A DNA stretch of 55,809 nucleotides, counting the filler, from Sphacelaria rigidula (Eukaryota), in NCBI GenBank assembly GCA_964200075.2. It is 5 parts of 5 records of this genome, joined end to end, with 100 filler letters (N's around TTAATTAATTAA, not from the genome) between each part and the next. Parts side by side here need not be neighbours in the genome. Positions count along the whole stretch, not along the records: positions 44,730 to 55,809 come from CAXNAA020005419.1; 4 more parts are not named here. One strand, written 5' to 3'. This document shows positions 50,579 through 55,809 of this stretch, piece after piece; the stretch's first letter is position 1, and every line of letters starts with the position of its first letter. Both the position numbers and the translations under genes were made by a program. The notes under the pieces were generated by a model. That model saw only the letters and a program-made list of their open reading frames with translations, searched no databases and was not told the origin of the DNA.

Positions 50579-50930
50579 ACAAGGCACAGACACACACAAA
50601 CACACACACACAACACAACACACACACGGCAATTGGGTCGATCGTTCGGGTATCCCCATGGTGCATGTTTTCATGTTGTTTTGAACATCAACATACAATA
50701 TTTGAGCGTTGGGCCAAAAAATAACACACCTGGTAGCGCTCATGTGGAGGGTACACGTCCCGAGCCACAGAACAACTCGAAAGTCCAGAAAAAATGTCGG
50801 CAGTAGGACAGTGAACGCAACCTTCCGCATGATGTAAACAGTCAAAAGCGGACACTTGAATAGCTGATACCCATGAACCCCAACCCCAGCCTTGACTTGC
50901 CCTTTCTCTTGCGATACCAATACAACACAG

Positions 50931-51027
50931 CTGTGGCGACGGGGGAAGTGGCGCTCTGGGCCATGGCGATAAAGACGACCGTACAAGCCCTGAAGCGGTG
51001 TACCTAAGGCACCTCGGGGTTGTAAAT
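50931..51027 (+). CDS. RCC1-repeat protein, exon
   Basis: aacacag|c-CGDGGSGALGHGDKDDRTSPEAVYLRHLGVVN|gtaagt, phase 2-0, containing the RCC1 G.G..G.LGHG......P motif. Confidence 0.85.
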
Positions 51028-52184
51028 GTAAGTGAGCAGGTTTGCTGTACCGTACGTACTCGTCAGAACATGCCAACTAGTGTGGTGCTACGATGGAGGG
51101 CCATTTCAAGCGTGCGAGATATTGTGATCAGCAGCATCATAGTTTTAGGGATGCACTGCAATGCTTCAAACGTTCTCGCCCCCGGAGTGTTCTTGAAGGG
51201 GCTGAACGGTACCTCACGGAGCAGTCCCTCAAACAACTGATCTGCATATACTGCACTTCAGGAGAGAGTCAAACAACTCAAGCCTAGTATAAACGAGGGA
51301 GACAGCGACAGATAAGGCTGGAAGACGAGCATGCAGAATTCTCGTCGGTCCCGAACCCTGCTGTTGATAACACGTACCCCGAACAGAGCGACGCGTAGGT
51401 GACGGCTCAACACTGAATCGGTCAACATTGAGTGCCATGACTGCTGTCAGAACCTGAGACTCCTGCACATTATGCCTAAAGGACAGGCTATTTTGTGGAC
51501 GCACCCGGAAAATAGACGTTGATGCCCTCGCTCGTGGGCGCAATGCGCCGTGGCTTATAGATGTTTTCGGCAACATCCATCCGGCGGCGTTGCCAAAATC
51601 CGCCATTTAATATCAGAATCGCTCCCCTCTGTTTTTGCTACCCGTAAGGATTTGGCGGATTCCTGTAACTTAGTCGAGTATTACGTGACTGCCTGGGTAA
51701 AAACGTAGACGCCCATGATTTCCCGCAAGAATAAGGGCTTCAGTGTACCAGGGGAAAAAATTCACGAACACAGGTCGTCTCTCTGACAGAGAGTGCAGAG
51801 GTTAAGGAGGTGGAGCCAGGTCTGGAAGACACCGCAGGATCCGATCCGATGTTGACCAAAACAAATTTGATCACGGGCTGCGTGACTGCTGTCGATCTTA
51901 TTTTGTCCTAAATTGCGTATCACTGCAATGCGGAAATTTTGCTTTCACCACACGCCCCCCGTCGCCCAATGATCAAAGTGGCCGCTGCGGGCGAGCAGTA
52001 GTCTACTCTCCGATCCTTCCCACCCATGATCCGTCGTCTCGTCTCTTTCTTGTATTCGACGCACGTACTTCTTCTCCAGAACGACGGCTTTTGTCTCTGC
52101 AGACCGTTTTCCAACCACACTCTTGCTGATTATTGCAAAAATGAAGAGAAAAAAAAACGTATACTCCCGCCAACTTGACGACAG

Positions 52185-52239
52185 ATCTTGGACGTGGCTG
52201 CAGGGAGCGACATGAGCTTCGTTGTTGCAGATGTGGACG
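52185..52239 (+). CDS. RCC1-repeat protein, exon
   Basis: gacgacag|ILDVAAGSDMSFVVADVD-g|gtgaga, phase 0-1. It continues the previous exon as an RCC1 I.DVAAG..S motif. Confidence 0.82.
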
Positions 52240-53463
52240 GTGAGAAACGTGTTTCTATCGCTCCTTACTGCCGTGATGCATACCCCTGGCAACACACGGG
52301 AAAAACCTAAAAACGTTTGGATAAGCACGCATTGTCCATGGCGGTCATGACAAGCTGACATGTTCTGGTCCTGTGAATCGCTGTGCATTGTGGATGGTTA
52401 GAAAGTTTCATGAGAGGATTCCCAGGCACTACTTTCAGAATAGTCGAGTTGTCCAAACACCTCTTCCTCGTACTGGACGAACGCTATGGGATATACGGGG
52501 CCGATCGGTGTCGCAGTGTATTTATTTTTCTCTCTAGCGTCAAGATGCGTTATTACCGGGCCCGAGAACATGCCGCCTGTCGCTCCCTATGTACTGTGCA
52601 TCCCTGCCACTACGAGCAATCGTACAACATAATCCTGTACTGCAATTGCAATCTACTGTGCTGAACCCAGAGGTAGTGTACGGGGTTGAGCTGCGAACTC
52701 GATAATGAGCGAATCGACCCCTGTGCTTAGCAGCTGAAATATCGGAACTACAAACGATCATGCCGACTAGTAAGTTGAGCAGCTGTCATCGGCATCTGGG
52801 ACACCCTGCCCTTTTTTTCCAACGTGACCTTTTGAAACGGGAAAGTCCGCGACGTGAGACTAGCTGTACTCGTTGTCCGGCCGAGGATCCACGAGTTGGG
52901 TACCGGATGGACGAGCGAATCGCTCCGTTGCCGCTTTCCACCCCCACTCTAGAATAGGTTTGCTTGTAGACCTGCTCGTGGTGAAGAGTGCTTACTGTTC
53001 AGACCCAAGTATCATGCCTGATTAGTTCCTTGACGTGGTGTATGTGTGGCTATTGCTTCCGCGTGTGCTCATTGATACCTTCGGACGGATGGTGTTATCC
53101 ATGGTGTTGGTGGGGTCTTGCAATCTGAGACTTGGGGTGAACTCTGTAGGGGAAGATTCGTGCGCACTCGAGGGTGATTTTCTCAATACATGATTGATGC
53201 GGTTGGGATTCCCTCTGGAAGCTTCTATGCTTCGACCACGGGTTGGAAGGAAGAAGGTGCGCCGAAAAGATCAGACATATTTCGATATCCGGCTGTTCGA
53301 ACGAAGGGCAACGTACGCGTAGGATATGATAGGATAGGATATGATACAGAACACTCGATCAATTTTAATCTGAACGCCTGCTTCGATGTGCACCCCATTG
53401 GCCCGGTGTCAGAAACGCTGAGGGTTCCGCGACCACCGAGCGAGACTCGGCAACCCTCTACAG

Positions 53464-54596
53464 ATGAAACCACTGAAGGCAGCCTGGCGGCACCGGTGCC
53501 TGCTTGCCCGGACGATATCATCGCCGCCATCTTGGCGAAGGGCAAGCACCAGAAGCGATGTCCTGCCTGCACGACCCCAGCCGAGCTTCAGGCGATGAAC
53601 TGTCTCGCCTGTAAGCATGCATTTGATCTGGGGTCGCAAAACTCCGTACCGTCGCCGGCTCCGGGGATCCACATGGCGAGTTCCGGCGGAGACTCTGTCA
53701 TGTTCACGCCAGCAGCGGTAGCAGCGGCGGCGTGGAACGACGTCAAGGTCACACCCCCCGTGCCGGCCGCGCCTGCGCTGCCGCCGTCGCTGTCGCTGGG
53801 AAAGATCGCTGCAGCGACAGGTGGAGCCCTTGCTTCTCCTCTTTCTCCTCCTCCTCCTCCGGCGGCGGCGGCGGCGGCGGCACCGAATGAGGCAGACGCG
53901 GAACTGTCGGGCCCATGGTCGTCATGCAGAGTTCCAATCCCCGGTGCCTTGAGTACCTCAAGCGATGGCTTCCGCTCGAACAGCAGCCGTCAGCGTGAGA
54001 AGGAGAGGGAACCTCCGGTGGGAGCAGGAGCGTTGCCAGCAGGCGCGAGCAGGGGAGGCGGAGAGTTGTCCTCGCGTTGGTTACTGCCCAACAGCAACCG
54101 CGACGAAGACGGTGTACGTCATTCAAAGCGGAGAACCATGAGCGGCGACTGCAGTTCGCCTAGCATTAGTTCTGCCCGAGGACATGGAGTGGCGGGGGGC
54201 TTCACGTACGGCGGCGGTGAGGTGTACAACACACCACCCCCCCACGGCGGGGGGCAGAGCTTTTCCCTCGGGGAATCCCGTAGTGCACGGGGGAGACGAA
54301 GAAAGGGGCGGGGAAGATCCGGTAACCCCCCGCCTCTGCTGGTGGGTTCTCGTGCACACGGAACCGGGGTTGCGGCCAGAACCTTCACCTTTAACCCTGC
54401 AGACTTGACCTCTCTATTGGCGCCTACGCCAGGGGAGGGTAATGATGCCGAGGTTGCGGGCGGGACGGGTGAGGATGGCAACGAAGCTGCTCGTGAGGAC
54501 GGTGCGAAAGGAGAAGACGCTGTCTGTAGCGACGACGGGACCGATCGTGATGATGACCAGTTGGTGATTGGCCGGAGCGAGCGGGCGGGAGAAACT
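53464..54596 (+). CDS. Large exon with a zinc ribbon (CPAC-x10-CLAC) and a P/A/G/S-rich region, probably the same RCC1 gene
   Basis: Lies in a 488-codon open frame. The acceptor ccctctacag|AT is phase 1, compatible with exon 52185-52239, and the probable donor is ACT|gtgaga. Confidence 0.72.
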
Positions 54597-54777
54597 GTGA
54601 GAGCAAGGAATAGTGCTGTATTGTGTCTGGAAATCGGGTTGTATTGTATAGTGTAGACTACATAAGAGACGTGTACACTGTCGCCCGAGACGTACACGAT
54701 GAGAAACGAAACAAGAGCAAATCGACAGAGAATGTGGGTACGTACAGGCTGGTTCACGCATATCACCCAAAAAGCAC

Positions 54778-55062
54778 TCATCGGCAAAACTTCACGCCGT
54801 TTTAGGGAGTTAGACCCTGAAATTTTGCACGTATGTTCCAGCGTCATTACGCAACTTTGCAGGAACGTTTTTTTTTCTTTTTGACTTTTTTCACCGTTTT
54901 TTGGGGGGCCCAGTTTTGTTGGGGAAACCTCGACCCAATTGGACCTTCGTAAAACGGTAACAAAGAAAAACGTTTCCTGCAAAGTTGCGTAATGTCCCAA
55001 AGCACAGTTGTGCAAACTTTCAGGGTCTAACTCCTTAAATTGTCGTCAAGTTGTTGGCCTTT
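54778..55062. repeat. Inverted-repeat (foldback or MITE-like) element with arms of about 95 bp; further short IRs at 55271-55344 and 55628-55669
   Basis: ggagttagaccctgaaattttgcac pairs with gtgcaaactttcagggtctaactcc, and cattacgcaactttgcagga with tcctgcaaagttgcgtaatg. Confidence 0.75.
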
Positions 55063-55809
55063 GTGCGAGGAAGTTTGCCGTACCGCGGTGAAACCGCAAA
55101 CTACTTGATTTTAGTACCAAAACGGCGTTTCGGGGCTTCGTTGACGTGAACATGGCAATTCAAGCACCAGTTGATCGAGTTTTGCGACGAAAATTGGTGG
55201 AGCACATCCTTGGGCTATGCGAAGGCAGGTCGTTCGCCGATAAATGAAAAACTAAAATCGCACTGTTGTGCCGTTTTTCGGGGGTCCCAGAATGGAGACT
55301 ACTTCGAAAAACGACTTCGATCCCGTCGGACCCCCGAAAAACGGTGAAAAACTCAAGAAGTACAAATAGCATCGTCCGTAGAAAGTTTCAGGATCTCACT
55401 CCTAATAACAGCGTGAAAGTTTGCGCGTTTGTGGAGGACGTGGGCTTGAAACGTGCAACTCCTAACTACTTGGTGTAAGTATGGAAATGTCTTTTAGGGT
55501 GAATTTGACGTAAAGGCAAGAAAAACTGTATGAGGTTTTCGAGTCTCTCCACCAAACTTCGTACATGTGTCCCTTGGACTCTCCCGGGACGCACCGTTTC
55601 ATTATTTTGTTTTTACGGCATTCTGTACCGCCTTCGGGGGGTCTTCATGCTGGGACCCCCGGAAGCCGGTAGAGAACAGAGAAAACATGATATATTGTCA
55701 TGAATACATTTTTTTCTATTATGAGCATCAATACCTACGGAACTGCCGAGTTTGAGGGCGATCTGAGCTTTCCTACAACAGATATAGGGGACACCGTCAC
55801 GAGGCTCCC

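Overview
Repeat-rich eukaryotic DNA, probably brown algal (Phaeophyceae-like; inferred from intron style and repeat content, not verified). The window is not one locus. It is five scaffolds of 11084, 11083, 11082, 11080 and 11080 bp in descending size order, joined by identical 100-bp N44-TTAATTAATTAA-N44 linkers, so adjacency across linkers has no biological meaning. Mobile content: a full-length decayed chromodomain-bearing Ty3/Gypsy LTR element (16119-21965, 4-bp TSD GCTT) and an RT-deleted relative (27053-31921, minus); a degenerate intron-containing pogo-like transposase; an RTE-like LINE; four fragments of a second LINE family; a tRNA-derived SINE family; several MITE or foldback families; and microsatellites. 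Host-gene pieces: a multi-exon RCC1-repeat gene with a zinc-ribbon exon (scaffold 5), two exons of a WKF-domain gene joined by a GC-AG intron (scaffold 4), and one large low-complexity exon (scaffold 2). I cannot support a new multi-gene system here. The best leads are the palindromic, non-tRNA primer-site region of the Gypsy family, its in-frame RT-deleted derivative, a long near-perfect hairpin at 41.7 kb, the RCC1 plus zinc-ribbon architecture, and unexplained coding-like minus-strand relics in scaffold 1.
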